The notes: generated by a model not told the origin, from the letters alone. DNA of 63,640 nucleotides, filler included, from Octopus bimaculoides (GCF_001194135.2; 9 parts of 9 records of this genome joined end to end with filler, not necessarily neighbours in it), one strand, 5' to 3'; positions 1 to 12,744 are shown, counted from the whole stretch's first letter. Translations and numbers: made by a program.

Positions 1-50
<50 letters not shown>

Positions 51-395
51 TACCACTATCACCATACATATACATACATGTGTATATATAAATATATATA
101 TGTATATATATACATACACACATATATATATATGTATATGTATATACTATATATATATATAGTATAAATATATACATATATATGTATATATATATATATA
201 TATGTATATATATTCGCACATATATCAACACACATTCGCACATACATACACACACACGTGTGCGCACACATATTTACTTTAGCACACTCACGCATTGTAA
301 GTGTATGAATGTATGCATATGTATGCATGTATGTGTATTTGTAAGCGTATATCAGTGTATATGTAAGCGTATGTATGTATATATATGTTTGCGTT

Positions 396-434
<39 letters not shown>

Positions 435-839
435 GAAATATATATATATATATATATATTTGTGTATNNNNNNNNNNAGGTGTGTCCGTGTGTCCTCTGC
501 GAATGTATCGTGTGTGTTTCGTGTTATATGTCTGTGTGTGAGTGATGTACACTAGTGTGTGTGTGTGTGTGCGTGCGTGCGTCTAATGACTGGATTTGAT
601 ACGGCTTTTGAGGTTCTGGTTCGGGCAATTAAGTGTTTGGAACTTATTGGTGCGAACATGGGTTTGATGAGTTGGTGGTGGACGGTGGTAGTGTATGAAC
701 GACAACAGTAGCGGTAGTGGTGGCGGTGGTGGTGATGGTGGTGGCGGTGATGGTGGCCACGGCGGTGGCGGTGGTAGATGTTGAGGTATGTTAAATGTGA
801 TGTTGGCTGTGATGATGACGTTGGTGACTTGCGCAGCTC

Positions 840-1560
840 GGATCAAGTTTGATCGTAGAGGCATCCATTGATCAACCGCTTATGAAACACTCTCTGCAGT
901 CATTCGACCTATTCGAAATAGCAACCAGATTTTCTTCAAACAGCACTAAGACTCGGGGTATGCCCGAGTCGCAGCGCAGCTTTAAGCGATTCTCTGCAAT
1001 CTATTTCACATCACATGAGCCAAGACCTTCTCAATGGTGCGTTGCAAGGAAATTCTTTTATAGCTGTAATCGCTTCTATCCCTATTGCTATTGTGCAAAG
1101 TAACAATATTGCAGTCTCTTGTGTTCTGTGGTATTGACCTTTCTTTCCAGCTTAACTCATACACTGATACAGTGTATGAGTTGTACGAGAGGATACTCTT
1201 TGCATACTTGATGGACTTTGGCTGAAAGCCATTGAATACCTTTTCTCTGCTCTTCTGTAGTACGCACAGCAGTTTGTTCCCTCCTCACTGAAAGATATTC
1301 CACGGTGTCTAATACATACACTGTCCAAGACGGTCTTTTCTGTGGAATAAAATCTGGAGTAATGCTCTACCATCTTTTCATTTGTTTGCCTTCGTCTTTG
1401 ATGTTGTCGCCATTTATGTATTTTAGTTTTACTATCTTTGCTCAGAGGAAACTCCTTGTTGAGCATCGTTAGGAAGAACCTCACTAGTGTGGTCCCAGTG
1501 AAATCGCCAAATGGGTATATCCAAAATTTCAATGTGGTTTACACTTCAGAACGCCCCATA
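840..1560 (-). mobile_element. Degenerate RTE-clade (BovB-like) LINE fragment: linker and N-terminal reverse transcriptase
   Basis: Minus-strand translation gives ...KMVEHYSRFYSTEKTV... and SWKERSIPQNTRDCNIVTLHNSNRDRSDYSYKRISL...EKVLAHVM*NRLQRIA...YPES*C...QWMPL. These match RTE motifs RWVEHYSELYSRE, WxEGxIPQDxRDAxIVTLYKNKGDRSDCxNYRGISLL and YPESQCGFR. Stops and frameshifts are present. Confidence 0.85.
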
Positions 1561-2206
1561 ACTGATATAATCTTTTTCGTTCAACAACTGCAATTAAAAA
1601 TTTAAAGCAAGCCTTCCCAAGCTCAGATATACGGACTTGCGAGACTAACGGATACCTCTTCATGCATATAAATATCTCTCATATTTTTAATTAATTCAAA
1701 CTATATAGTTCTCATGTATGAGAATGTTTAAGAATTCCTTCTTATAACTCCTCTTCATAACTTGTTTTCTACTTCCTCAAAACTGCAGACTTCACTTCGG
1801 TAAACCTAAATTACAAAATCTTTTTGAAATCTAATCTAGATTTTAATTATCTGGATCTCAGTTAACTAAGCATACTCCAAATAAATATTAATTCGTACAT
1901 CTTACGTTTTCAGCTGACGTAAATTTAGTTTTCTAAATTTATATTTAAACCAGGAAACATTGTGTATACTAACAACATTGTTTTAGCTAAAAATTATTTA
2001 TAGATTTTCGAATAACATTGAATTCAAGCATTAGATAATTTCTTTAATAACAATACATTATATATTTCAGCTAATCAGAGATCATATTCCTTCATTTAAT
2101 TAAACAATGACATCGTTAGATGACTTGAAATTTGCAAACAAATGCAACCAATCTTCCAACGTCTCTTTAACTTAGCGTTCTGCCTTTATATTCTTCTTTC
2201 TTCTAA

Positions 2207-2208
<2 letters not shown>

Positions 2209-2243
<35 letters not shown>

Positions 2244-2305
2244 GTCTCTCTCTCTCTGTCTCTGTCTCTCTCTCTCTCCGTCTCTCTCTCTCTCTCTCTC
2301 TCTCC

Positions 2306-2375
<70 letters not shown>

Positions 2376-2421
2376 CTCTCTCTCTCTCTCTCTCTCTCCG
2401 TCTCTCTCTCTCTCTCTCTCT
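2209..2421. repeat. (CT)n microsatellite with periodic CCGT interruptions
   Basis: Direct reading. Confidence 0.95.
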
Positions 2422-2780
2422 TCTATTATTTATATTCTTAACCATTATCACTTCTTTATCTTTTTCCATTACGTCATTCTAGTTATCACATTGCTTCTGT
2501 CTGTAATAAAAAAATTTTTAATATCTTAATTTATGGATTTTTTAACTTTATTAGCATTTCTCTGATACTAAATAGATTATTTTTCAAATATTGCCAATGA
2601 GATCTAATGGCGAAACGAACTTGCATACATACGCACATATATCTACGCAAACACACACACACACACACGCGATATATGTGTGTGTGTGTGTGTGTGTGCG
2701 CGATATATATATATACATGCATACATTGCATACATGCATATATATATATATATATATACTCATATTTATATGTATATAAG

Positions 2781-2811
<31 letters not shown>

Positions 2812-2902
2812 GCATGCATGTATACGTACATATATACATACAAACAAACACAAAGTATCTTATAAACGTCGAATTTGACGTTCACTTATATTATTATCCT
2901 AG

Positions 2903-3038
2903 GCATTTATTCATATTGAAAATAGAAGACGGTAAATTCTTGCTAAATCTAGCTGATGGTAGTTTCCTGATTCTCAAGATAGTTAAGCATCCAAATGCAT
3001 CTGGAATACCCAATACTAAATTCCAATTAACTGCAATG
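2903..3038 (+). CDS. Candidate internal coding exon of an unknown gene (HLFILKIEDGKFLLNLADGSFLILKIVKHPNASGIPNTKFQLTAM)
   Basis: Acceptor tattatcctag|g at 2902/2903 and donor atg|gtgaaa at 3038/3039. The frame is open and non-repetitive, with an internal 9-aa repeat (ILKIEDGKF / LLNLADGSF). No homolog recognised. Confidence 0.25.
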
Positions 3039-3117
3039 GTGAAACGTACTTAGGACTAAATATTTGTAATGAGGTTTATCTTAATTTTCCCTACATACAC
3101 ACACACACACATATAAA

Positions 3118-3170
<53 letters not shown>

Positions 3171-3175
3171 GCTTG

Positions 3176-3234
<59 letters not shown>

Positions 3235-3825
3235 NNNNNNNNNNNNNNNNNNNNNNNNNNNNNNNNNNNNNNNNNNNNNNNNNNNNNNNNNNNNNNNNNN
3301 NNNNNNNNNNNNNNNNNNNNNNNNNNNNNNNNNNNNNNNNNNNNNNNNNNNNNNNNNNNNNNNNNNNNNNNNNNNNNNNNNNNNNNNNNNNNNNNNNNNN
3401 NNNNNNNNNNNNNNNNNNNNNNNNNNNNNNNNNNNNNNNNNNNNNNNNNNNNNNNNNNNNNNNNNNNNNNNNNNNNNNNNNNNNNNNNNNNNNNNNNNNN
3501 NNNNNNNNNNNNNNNNNNNNNNNNNNNNNNNNNNNNNNNNNNNNNNNNNNNNNNNNNNNNNNNNNNNNNNNNNNNNNNNNNNNNNNNNNNNNNNNNNNNN
3601 ATGTTTATCAACGCTGCTCTCAAATAAAGCACAGAGAGTCCAAGTGTGTTAAAAAGTAATAGTAATACGTATATTTAAACATAAAACAAACCCAGATATG
3701 ATTGAAGCTGACATGTTATGGCTTCTTTGAACAAAGGTAAAAACCTGGAAAAATACCCCCAAATCGTTTATTATTTTTGTTGTTGTTTTCGTTGTTGTCG
3801 CTTACGTGGTTGTTCCTCCTCCTTC

Positions 3826-3836
3826 TGCTGCTGCTG

Positions 3837-3884
<48 letters not shown>

Positions 3885-4068
3885 ATAATAATAATAATAA
3901 TAATAATGATAATACTGATACTATTACTGCTACTAATATGGCAGCCATTCTTAATATTCTTGCTGTTATCATTGTTGTTGTTATTTGAATAATATTTCTG
4001 CTACTGCTGTTACTGCTACCACATATTCTGGTTGTTGTTGTGATAATTATTATTATTATTATTATTAT

Positions 4069-4100
<32 letters not shown>

Positions 4101-4122
4101 TTACTACTACTACTACTACTAT

Positions 4123-4169
<47 letters not shown>

Positions 4170-4193
4170 TTATTATCATTATTATTATCATCA

Positions 4194-4233
<40 letters not shown>

Positions 4234-4258
4234 TACTACTACTATTATTATTATTATT
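3826..4258. repeat. Compound (TAC)n/(TAA)n/(TAT)n trinucleotide microsatellites
   Basis: Direct reading. Confidence 0.95.
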
Positions 4259-4671
4259 AGCTGCATTCTTTGAGATTGCGCCACCATCCCCACCCCACCC
4301 ATCGCCCTCATCGGAAATTCATTGAGTTCTCTTTTTACATTATTAGTCGTATTAGACGCCCAGCAATCTAAAGTCGCGTGAAATGTTGATTTAGCATCTA
4401 CTAAGTTAGAAAATGAGAAAATAACATAGTAACAACAACAACAAAACTAAACAAAAAACAAACAAGCAGAAATACAAACGCAACAACAAAAATAGAATAA
4501 AATAAAATATAAACTGTAGCGGCAATGAGTAAACGTTCGGTGAAAGTGAAGAATTTAGCTCCTATGGGAAAATGAGCTATCCAAACAACAACAAAAAGAG
4601 AGAGAGGTCTTTAAACTTTTCTTCTTCACTTCCGTAAGCAGCAGTATTACAGCAGCTGGTATTGGCAGTTC

Positions 4672-4746
<75 letters not shown>

Positions 4747-5229
4747 GTACATACATACATACATACATACATACATACGTACAAACATACGTACGTACGT
4801 ACTTACATCTATATATTCATAAATATAAATGTACACACGCATGTGTGTGTGTGAGAGAGTGTTATGTTGTGTGCGTGTGTGTACACATACATATCTGCCG
4901 AATATATACATATACACATCTGTACATATATAATTATATACACTCACACGCACAGACACAGACACAGACCGACACACACACACACACATATATATACATA
5001 CATGTGTACATATACACACACATGAATTTGTTTATATATACATGTACACACACACACACATGTATATATGTATGAATATATATATGTATGTATGTATGTA
5101 TGCGTATATGTGTGTACCTTTGCGTATTTCTACGTATCTGTCAAAATATGAATCTTGCCTATGTGCGCGTTCACGTGCATATCTCTCTACATGCATGTGT
5201 CTATGTCTGTGCATATAGGTGTGTGTATT

Positions 5230-5329
5230 NNNNNNNNNNNNNNNNNNNNNNNNNNNNNNNNNNNNNNNNNNNNTTAATTAATTAANNNNNNNNNNNNNNN
5301 NNNNNNNNNNNNNNNNNNNNNNNNNNNNN
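5230..5329. other. Artificial contig-join spacer N44-TTAATTAATTAA-N44 (first of eight)
   Basis: The same 100-bp construct recurs, with the 12-mer at 5274, 7425, 9721, 29761, 34427, 51440, 53484 and 60780. TTAATTAATTAA places stops in all six frames. Confidence 0.97.
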
Positions 5330-5423
5330 TTTCTGTTGTGCCTGTAATTCAAAGGGTCAGCCTTGTCACTGTGTCATGCCGAATCTCCCCCGAGAACTAC
5401 GTTAAGGGTACACGTATGGAGTA
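5330..5423 (+). mobile_element. SINE family B, internal fragment
   Basis: ttctgttgtgcctgtaattcaaagggtcagccttgtcac...gagaactacgttaagggtacacgt is the reverse complement of part of the full copies at 49750-50136 and 58073-58458. Confidence 0.9.
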
Positions 5424-5464
5424 ATGTGGACTAACATAATTAGGTACAGTTATTTTCTACTCAC

Positions 5465-5515
5465 CAGTTGGTTCTCTCAACATCTGGACTTTCCTCTTTG
5501 ACAACTTTGGACCCT
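5465..5515 (-). CDS. Candidate 51-nt exon of an unidentified minus-strand gene
   Basis: Minus strand: attgtttatttcag|AGGGTCC...CCAACTG|gtgagt. It joins in frame to the 5722-5765 exon, giving ...RRRRF-EGPKLSKRKVQMLREPT. Confidence 0.55.
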
Positions 5516-5721
5516 CTGAAATAAACAATTTCATGTTTTAAGCACTGTAGAATAAAATTCTTGATCATTATTAATAATCAATATTTTATTATTGTTAGAC
5601 AATCCTATCATCATTGGTCAAATGGTGACCAACATACTTTTGGGGAGCATCTGTATACTTTCTACAGTATTACCATGTAATGATTCAAAATTTAGGTCCA
5701 CAACAGAATAGACTAAACTTA

Positions 5722-5765
5722 CCAAACCTTCTCCGTCTCTTGAGGCTTCCAGCAATTCTAACAAT
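5722..5765 (-). CDS. Candidate 44-nt exon of an unidentified minus-strand gene
   Basis: Minus strand: aataatttcag|AATTGTTAG...GGTTTG|gtaagt. Phase 2 to 1 reads IVRIAGSLKRRRRF. A 206-nt intron separates it from the next exon. Confidence 0.55.
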
Positions 5766-5998
5766 TCTGAAATTATTTAATTATCACCTGATAACAGTTT
5801 TTCTCTTAGTTTTGTTTTACTTTTCTTATATTTATGCCAGATCTATGACAAAACATTCTCGTTTCACCCCTCGACTTCTCTAATCAACATTGTCTCATCT
5901 TTTGCTTAATTCCAATGTATATATATATATATATATATATACACACCTGCTCTCATTGTTATTGGTTACTGCTAGTAATCTTTAACTTAATTACTCAC

Positions 5999-6036
5999 CT
6001 CAGTTCTCCAGAATGTAATTAGATGTGGGGAAATAC
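5999..6036 (-). other. Candidate 38-nt exon, phase-incompatible with the next exon
   Basis: Minus strand: aatatcttcag|GTATTTCC...AACTGAG|gtgagt. The only open reading is phase 1 to 0 (ISPHLITFWRTE). Confidence 0.35.
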
Positions 6037-6075
6037 CTGAAGATATTTCAATGTCATTCATCCTCCTTAATAAAG

Positions 6076-6815
6076 CAGGTCGAACAGAAAGTGATATCAG
6101 ATCGAACAGGAAGTGATATCAGGTCGAACAGAAAGTGATATCANNNNNNNNNNNNNNNNNNNNNNNNNNNNNNNNNNNNNNNNNNNNNNNNNNNNNNNNN
6201 NNNNNNNNNNNNNNNNNNNNNNNNNNNNNNNNNNNNNNNNNNNNNNNNNNNNNNNNNNNNNNNNNNNNNNNNNNNNNNNNNNNNNNNNNNNNNNNNNNNN
6301 NNNNNNNNNNNNNNNNNNNNNNNNNNNNNNNNNNNNNNNNNNNNNNNNNNNNNNNNNNNNNNNNNNNNNNNNNNNNNNNNNNNNNNNNNNNNNNNNNNNN
6401 NNNNNNNNNNNNNNNNNNNNNNNNNNNNNNNNNNNNNNNNNNNNNNNNNNNNNNNNNNNNNNNNNNNNNNNNNNNNNNNNNNNNNNNNNNNNNNNNNNNN
6501 NNNNNNNNNNNNNNNNNNNNNNNNNNNNNNNNNNNNNNNNNNNNNNNNNNNNNNNNNNNNNNNNNNNNNNNNNNNNNNNNNNNNNNNNNNNNNNNNNNNN
6601 NNNNNNNNNNNNNNNNNNNNNNNNNNNNNNNNNNNNNNNNNNNNNNNNNNNNNNNNNNNNATCAGGTCGAACAGGAAGTGATATCAGGTCGAACAGAAAG
6701 TGATATCAGGTCGAACAGAAAGTGATATCAGGTCGAACAGGAAGTGATATCAGGTCGAACAGAAAGTGATATCAGGTCGAACAGAAAGTGATATCAGGTC
6801 GAACAGGAACTGATG
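6076..6815. repeat. 22-bp minisatellite CAGGTCGAACAG(A/G)AAGTGATAT spanning a 517-N gap
   Basis: About 3 units lie before the gap and about 7 after it. Units differ mainly at one A/G position. Confidence 0.95.
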
Positions 6816-7480
6816 TCTGGTGTCCTAAATTAACACACTACATTCACAGAAAACCTCATTAACGACATAAAACTTGTCATCCACACATTACGGTTGTGAA
6901 AATATTTGAAACGGTTCAGAAGAACTGATTCTCAAGAATACTAATCTATACATCAATCAAAGTCTCCCCACCCTTTTGATGTCTCCTCTCTAATGTTGGT
7001 CCCTAAAACCTCAGTTGAGATTTTCTTATTGAATCTCCTACTTTATAAAGGCTCACTCTGATATTCATTTAAGTGTAGTTGTTTTTAATTACCAACTTCC
7101 AAAGCTATTGATAAATCATTAATCACTCTAATCACTCACAATTAATAGTAAATCTTAAGCATTTACTAACAGAACCTTGGAGATTTATTGATATTTAGTC
7201 ACCATTTATAATTCAGTATTCTTTATTATTCTTATGTTGCAGAAAGTAACCATCTTGAAGTGTGACAAGTCTTCTAATTGGACAAGGACAATGTTTTGTG
7301 GGAGTAATGAGAGGTATAATATCACAGAGACAGGTAATTTATTGTTTAAACCGCAGTTTATAATTATAATTAAGTGGAGANNNNNNNNNNNNNNNNNNNN
7401 NNNNNNNNNNNNNNNNNNNNNNNNTTAATTAATTAANNNNNNNNNNNNNNNNNNNNNNNNNNNNNNNNNNNNNNNNNNNN

Positions 7481-7513
<33 letters not shown>

Positions 7514-7530
7514 TTATTTATTTATTTATG

Positions 7531-7724
7531 TGTTTCAGCCAAGTGGCTGCGGTCATGCTGATATATAATGACGGGCTTTTTTCAGTTTCCGCCTACCAAA
7601 TCCACTTAAGGCTTTGATCGGCTCGAGGCTATAGTAGAAGACACTTGCCTAAGTTGTCACGCAGTGGGAGTGAACTCGGAACCATGTGAATGGGAAGCAA
7701 GCTTCTTACCACACAGTCACGTCT
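7531..7724 (-). mobile_element. SINE family C copy with large internal deletion
   Basis: The tRNA-like head and 5' body match 8890-9302 and 37018-37450. The 3' end is fused directly to the (TA)n region at 7560/7561. Confidence 0.9.
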
Positions 7725-7729
7725 ATATA

Positions 7730-8889
7730 CTAAAGCCAGAAGAAAAATATTCAGTATGGACAACGGATACCCCAAGATTGCTCCAGGCACTATTGCATCC
7801 AAATTCTGGGATTTTCCGGAGTAACAAATTGAGGATACCAAAACGGAGTGGAGATTTAGTAATGCAATTTCTTCTTCGACTGTATAATGCTGTGGGGGAA
7901 AGCGGCTCAGTGCAGCACCAGATGATAAAAGAACGCGCTGTTTTAGCTTGAAAGTTAAAAATACCATCCGAACAATGAAGGCAGTTTAAAAAGCTTGACT
8001 TGGAAACAAGTCTCATCATTTGCCGGCAGTGCAGTGAGGCGAAAAACTGCAGTAGAAACGGTAAAAACCTCTTAAGTTTTTACCGTCTTTGAGTGTACTT
8101 TGAGGTTAAGCCGGTTTCTGACTTTAAATTGGTCAATAAAGTATTTCAGTGCATAATCCAGCGACATCGTCAAAGAATCCTTCTTCCACACCTGCTGGGG
8201 TTTTTCTCAACTGAGAAGAGCATTTACTAATCTGCTAAATCCAGTCACGATAAAGATCTGCTGGTAAACACGAAGTGCTTCCAGGGGTGGAGGCTAATTT
8301 CACATATGGTAAGATCACAGAAGCGATTAAAGTACTAAAATGTGGTAAGGCTGCTGGAATGAACAGAATTTGGCTTGAGAGATGGTAACAGCCTTAAATA
8401 GAGAAGCTATTCTCTGGGTGATTCGTGTATGCCAGGTGGTTTGGATCTCTGGAGAGACATCCAAAGCAATGGCTATCCGGGATGATAATCCCAATTAAAA
8501 AAAAAAAAAATCAGGAAACTAGAGAAAGTGTACTAATGAGAGAGGAATATTCTTGTTGAGCCTCCTCGTTAAAGTCTCTGCTAACTATCTGTAAAAAAGA
8601 TGTGCAGAAATTGCGGAACTCAAGATTACTAAAGAACCGACCGAGATATTCGCTTTATAGCAGATCTTCAGGAAATCGTGAAAAATATTGCCAAGAAGTG
8701 TGCACTTAGACCTCGGGATGGCATATAATCGCATGAGACATACGGTGGATGGTTTTGCAGGAGTGTGGGATTAATGAGCAACTTCTAGTTGCCGTGAAGT
8801 CTCTACAGGAATGCCCAGATATTTGTGTTTGGGTCGAAATCTTTCAAAGTGGGTGTAAGACTTCGGCAGGGATACATATTGTCACCTCT
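7730..8889 (+). mobile_element. Degenerate RTE-clade LINE fragment (linker plus RT domains 0-4)
   Basis: Translations EDTKTEWRFSNAISS...CCGGKRL...KRTRCFSLKVK, KVLKCGKAAGMNRI and VLQECGINEQLLVAVKSL...VRLRQGYILSPLL resemble RTE EWxxFxxxI, KxGKAxGxDEI, VLxEYGVxxxLLxAVxSL and VGLRQGCxLSPxLF. There are many stops and frameshifts. Confidence 0.85.
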
Positions 8890-9302
8890 ACTCTTTTACT
8901 CGTTTACTCTTTTACTTGTTTCAGTCATTTGACTGCGGCCATGCTGGAGCACCGCCTTTAGTCGAGAAAATCGACCCCAGGACTTATTCTATGTAAGCCT
9001 AGTACTTATTCTATCGATCTCTTTTGCTGAACGCTAAGTTACGGGGACGTAAACACACCAGCATCGGTTGTCAAGCGATGTTGGGGGGACAAACACAGAC
9101 GTAAAGACACACACAGCCATATTTATGTACATATATACAACGGCCTTCTTTCGGTTTCCGTCTACCAAATCCACTCACAAGGCTTTGGCCGGTCCGGGGC
9201 TATAGTTAAAAAACATTTACCCAAGGTGCCACGCAGTAGGACTGAACCGGGAACCATGCGGTTACGATGCAAGTTTCTTACAACACAACCACGCCTGCGC
9301 CT
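8890..9302 (-). mobile_element. Full-length tRNA-derived SINE family C
   Basis: Sense head ggcgcaggcgtggttgtgttgtaag...ggttcagtcc contains A- and B-box-like motifs, followed by an internal (TG)n and the 3' end ...gctccagcatggccgcagtcaaatgactgaaacaagtaaaagagta with a (TAAAAGAG)n tail. Octopus tRNA-derived SINEs are known (OK/OR families), but the exact family name was not verified. Confidence 0.92.
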
Positions 9303-9535
9303 ATCCAACATTCATAACCATAGGTAAGGATAGGCATGAAAACCAAACTGAAGACAATAAGTCTGACTTTTTTTAACCAACCTCTTCTCTTCTGATGATT
9401 GAATGCTGGACCTGGCGCATGTCTGTGTCAGCATCTGCAGTCCTAGCAACCAATCCAGCCTCCTGCTTCCCATCACTTGTGAATATGACACTGAAAAACT
9501 TAAACTTCTCTACTTGTCTCGGTTGTTGTCTTTCT

Positions 9536-9676
9536 TGTTGTTGGCACTCCGTCGCTTACGACGTCGAGGGTTCCAGTTGATCCGATCAACGGAACAGCCT
9601 GCTCGTGAAATTAACGTGCAAGTGGCTGAGCACTCCACGGACACGTGTACCCTTAACGTAGTTCTCGGGGATATTC
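9536..9676 (-). mobile_element. SINE family B, 3' part truncated by the contig end
   Basis: Near-identical to 49750-49890 and 58073-58213, with a (CAA)n tail on the sense strand. Confidence 0.92.
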
Positions 9677-9776
9677 NNNNNNNNNNNNNNNNNNNNNNNN
9701 NNNNNNNNNNNNNNNNNNNNTTAATTAATTAANNNNNNNNNNNNNNNNNNNNNNNNNNNNNNNNNNNNNNNNNNNN

Positions 9777-9837
<61 letters not shown>

Positions 9838-10002
9838 GAATGTGTGTATGTACGTGTATATGTGTGTATATATGCGTGTGTGTGTGTGTCTCCTCCTTGT
9901 TTTTTATTGCAATTGTTATTTAGCTTCAGTATTGTCATCATTTTCTTTTGCCACTCAATCGCAGCCTTTTTGGTCTCCATCCTCTTTTTTTATCTCAGTC
10001 AT

Positions 10003-10051
<49 letters not shown>

Positions 10052-11705
10052 GAAGAATTCTAGTTGTTGTTGTTGTTGTTGGTAGATTTGCCATCAGGGC
10101 AATCAGGTGAGGGGGACATTAAAAGGGCAGTTTACAATTTGTGGTGGGCTTACATTAAACATGAAGAGAAAGAAAAGACAAGAAGTGGGAAACGAGACAG
10201 AAGTCTACATCGACCAAAAAATATCTGAACCCCTGAATTATGCAGAGATCCAAGTTCTCTCCCAACCTCCAAAGACACACATCGTTACCCATCTGTTGTT
10301 CTTCATTCTNNNNNNNNNNNNNNNNNNNNNNNNNNNNNNNNNNNNNNNNNNNNNNNNNNNNNNNNNNNNNNNNNNNNNNNNNNNNNNNNNNNNNNNNNNN
10401 NNNNNNNNNNNNNNNNNNNNNNNNNNNNNNNNNNNNNNNNNNNNNNNNNNNNNNNNNNNNNNNNNNNNNNNNNNNNNNNNNNNNNNNNNNNNNNNNNNNN
10501 NNNNNNNNNNNNNNNNNNNNNNNNNNNNNNNNNNNNNNNNNNNNNNNNNNNNNNNNNNNNNNNNNNNNNNNNNNNNNNNNNNNNNNNNNNNNNNNNNNNN
10601 NNNNNNNNNNNNNNNNNNNNNNNNNNNNNNNNNNNNNNNNNNNNNNNNNNNNNNNNNNNNNNNNNNNNNNNNNNNNNNNNNNNNNNNNNNNNNNNNNNNN
10701 NNNNNNNNNNNNNNNNNNNNNNNNNNNNNNNNNNNNNNNNNNNNNNNNNNNNNNNNNNNNNNNNNNNNNNNNNNNNNNNNNNNNNNNNNNNNNNNNNNNN
10801 NNNNNNNNNNNNNNNNNNNNNNNNNNNNNNNNNNNCCACTGCTTCCCCTCCACCTCTTTCGCTTTCTCTCTCTCTTTCTTTTTTATTCTTGTATTTCTTC
10901 TAAACAACCATAAACACATTAATGCTCCAAGACAGCTTCTATATTTCAATTCTTCTGAAAATATCTCCACTCTAATGTCTATCTCTCACCCCCACTCTCT
11001 CTCTCTCTCTCTCTCTCTCCTTTACTCCTCCATCACCACCTTTCTCCCTCTTTCTTTCCCCTGTCCCCCATTGCCCCCACTTACCCTTCTCTCTCCTCCC
11101 TCCCTCTCTGTATCTAACTATCTTTGTCCCTCGATCACTCACTTCTTTTCTTTGACTCTCTCTGTCTCTCTGTCTGTTTACCTATCTGTCTCTCTCTCTC
11201 TCTACTCCCTGCTGTTTCACTGTCTCTATCTCTTTCTCTGACGTGCCTTTCACCCCACCTACCCCCACCTGACACATACTCACCCTATCCATCCACACAC
11301 ACACACACACACGTGCACACACTCTTCTCTCAGAAGCCCCACACGTCTCACCTCCTGCTCTTACGTCACTGCACATCATCTCCCATTCCCCCACCACCAC
11401 ACCTACCCTTCATCGCCCTCCTCCACCCCAATCCTCTCCACACCAGGCACTCACCTGTCAATGCAAAAACATCAAGATTTCATTGATTTTTCTCAGAATT
11501 TGGTAACTTATTGATTTTACAACAGCCTACCCACCCCTCCTCCACCCCAAGCCACCCTATCCCTGCTTTCTCTTCCTCCTCCCAGCGCCACAGTGGCTGG
11601 CTGTCTCAATGTGGAGCAGTGTAACAGTACACCACACAAACACACACACATACATACACACACATACACACTGTATATTGTAAGTTCTGTTGTACCTTAT
11701 ATATA

Positions 11706-11950
11706 TCATCATCATCATCATCGTTTAACGTCCGCTTTCAATGCTAGCATGGGTTGGACGATTTGACTGAGGACTGGTGAAACCAGATGGCAACACCAGG
11801 CTCCAATCTGATTTGGCAGAGTTTCTACAGCTGGATGCCCTTCCTAACGCCAACCACTCAGAGAGTGTAGTGGGTGCTTTTACGTGTCACCCGCACGAAG
11901 GCCAGTCAAGCGGTACTGGCAACGGCCACGCTCAAAATGATGCATTTTAT
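11706..11950 (-). mobile_element. SINE-like family D with (GAT)n tail
   Basis: Sense strand reads ...ggttggcgttaggaagggcatccagctgtagaaac...ccaacccatgctagcattgaaagcggacgttaaacgatgatgat. It is homologous to 22715-22930. Confidence 0.75.
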
Positions 11951-12664
11951 TTAACATTTTCATTTTTTATCCCTAGAGATAAAAAAAAAAGTAAAAAATT
12001 TTTTTTGTAAGACCCCTATGCAGGCCCTGGTTGATATTGAACCCTGCCCAGGATGTTATTGGTGTCTACATATGCCTGTACCCACAATACCACCGNNNNN
12101 NNNNNNNNNNNNNNNNNNNNNNNNNNNNNNNNNNNNNNNNNNNNNNNNNNNNNNNNNNNNNNNNNATAGGCATAAACACACACACTGTTTCATTATTTAC
12201 TCCAGGTCATTTCTACTCCACCAGACCAATTATAATTAAAGACACTCCAGTTGTGACCATCTCTAGACACTTATCTATAATCATAATACAACTTAAGTTA
12301 ATAAAAAAAAATGATAATTTTAAACTGGGTAGGAATTGAAACCTAAACCACCATTTAACAGACAAAGTGACTTTTACCAACAATTTCAATGTTAAAATTT
12401 AGAGATATTTAAATCTATTTTTATTATTGATTGGACACTATTTTAGATTTAAGTATCTCATTTTTGACAGCAATTATTGGGAGTACCTGGTAGACTAGTA
12501 GGTAACGGTGAGAGAAGACAAACTGGATGAGGGGGAAATTCTGAACTGTCCTGTCCAGGGTTCAAGCCTGGTCAGGATAGGGAAGAAGGTTAGAGTCTTT
12601 TTAATTTTTTATACAAAAATATTAAAAACTATATTTCTAGATAGAGATTGAAACCTCTACCTTC

Positions 12665-12744
<80 letters not shown>

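Noticed and set aside
3985-4260. Poly-Tyr ORF using both TAT and TAC (also poly-E/Q at 40160-40301, poly-His, poly-Asn and IY/HT/CV-repeat ORFs)
   Set aside because: These are translations of microsatellites. The apparent synonymous switching is a single-base change in the repeat unit, and there is no flanking coding context.
5274-5285. Recurrent TTAATTAATTAA 12-mer as a biological motif or CRISPR-like repeat
   Set aside because: It is always centred in exactly 44+44 Ns, so it is an assembly linker.
7248-7338. Plus-strand candidate exon KVTILKCDKSSNWTRTMFCGSNERYNITET (approximate coordinates)
   Set aside because: It has plausible splice sites but is isolated, has no recognisable homology, lies on the strand opposite the better-supported exon cluster and is close to a contig end.
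10107-10913. Long ORFs in the track spanning N runs (for example 10107, 23305, 44728, 51879)
   Set aside because: Their length comes from X codons in gaps.
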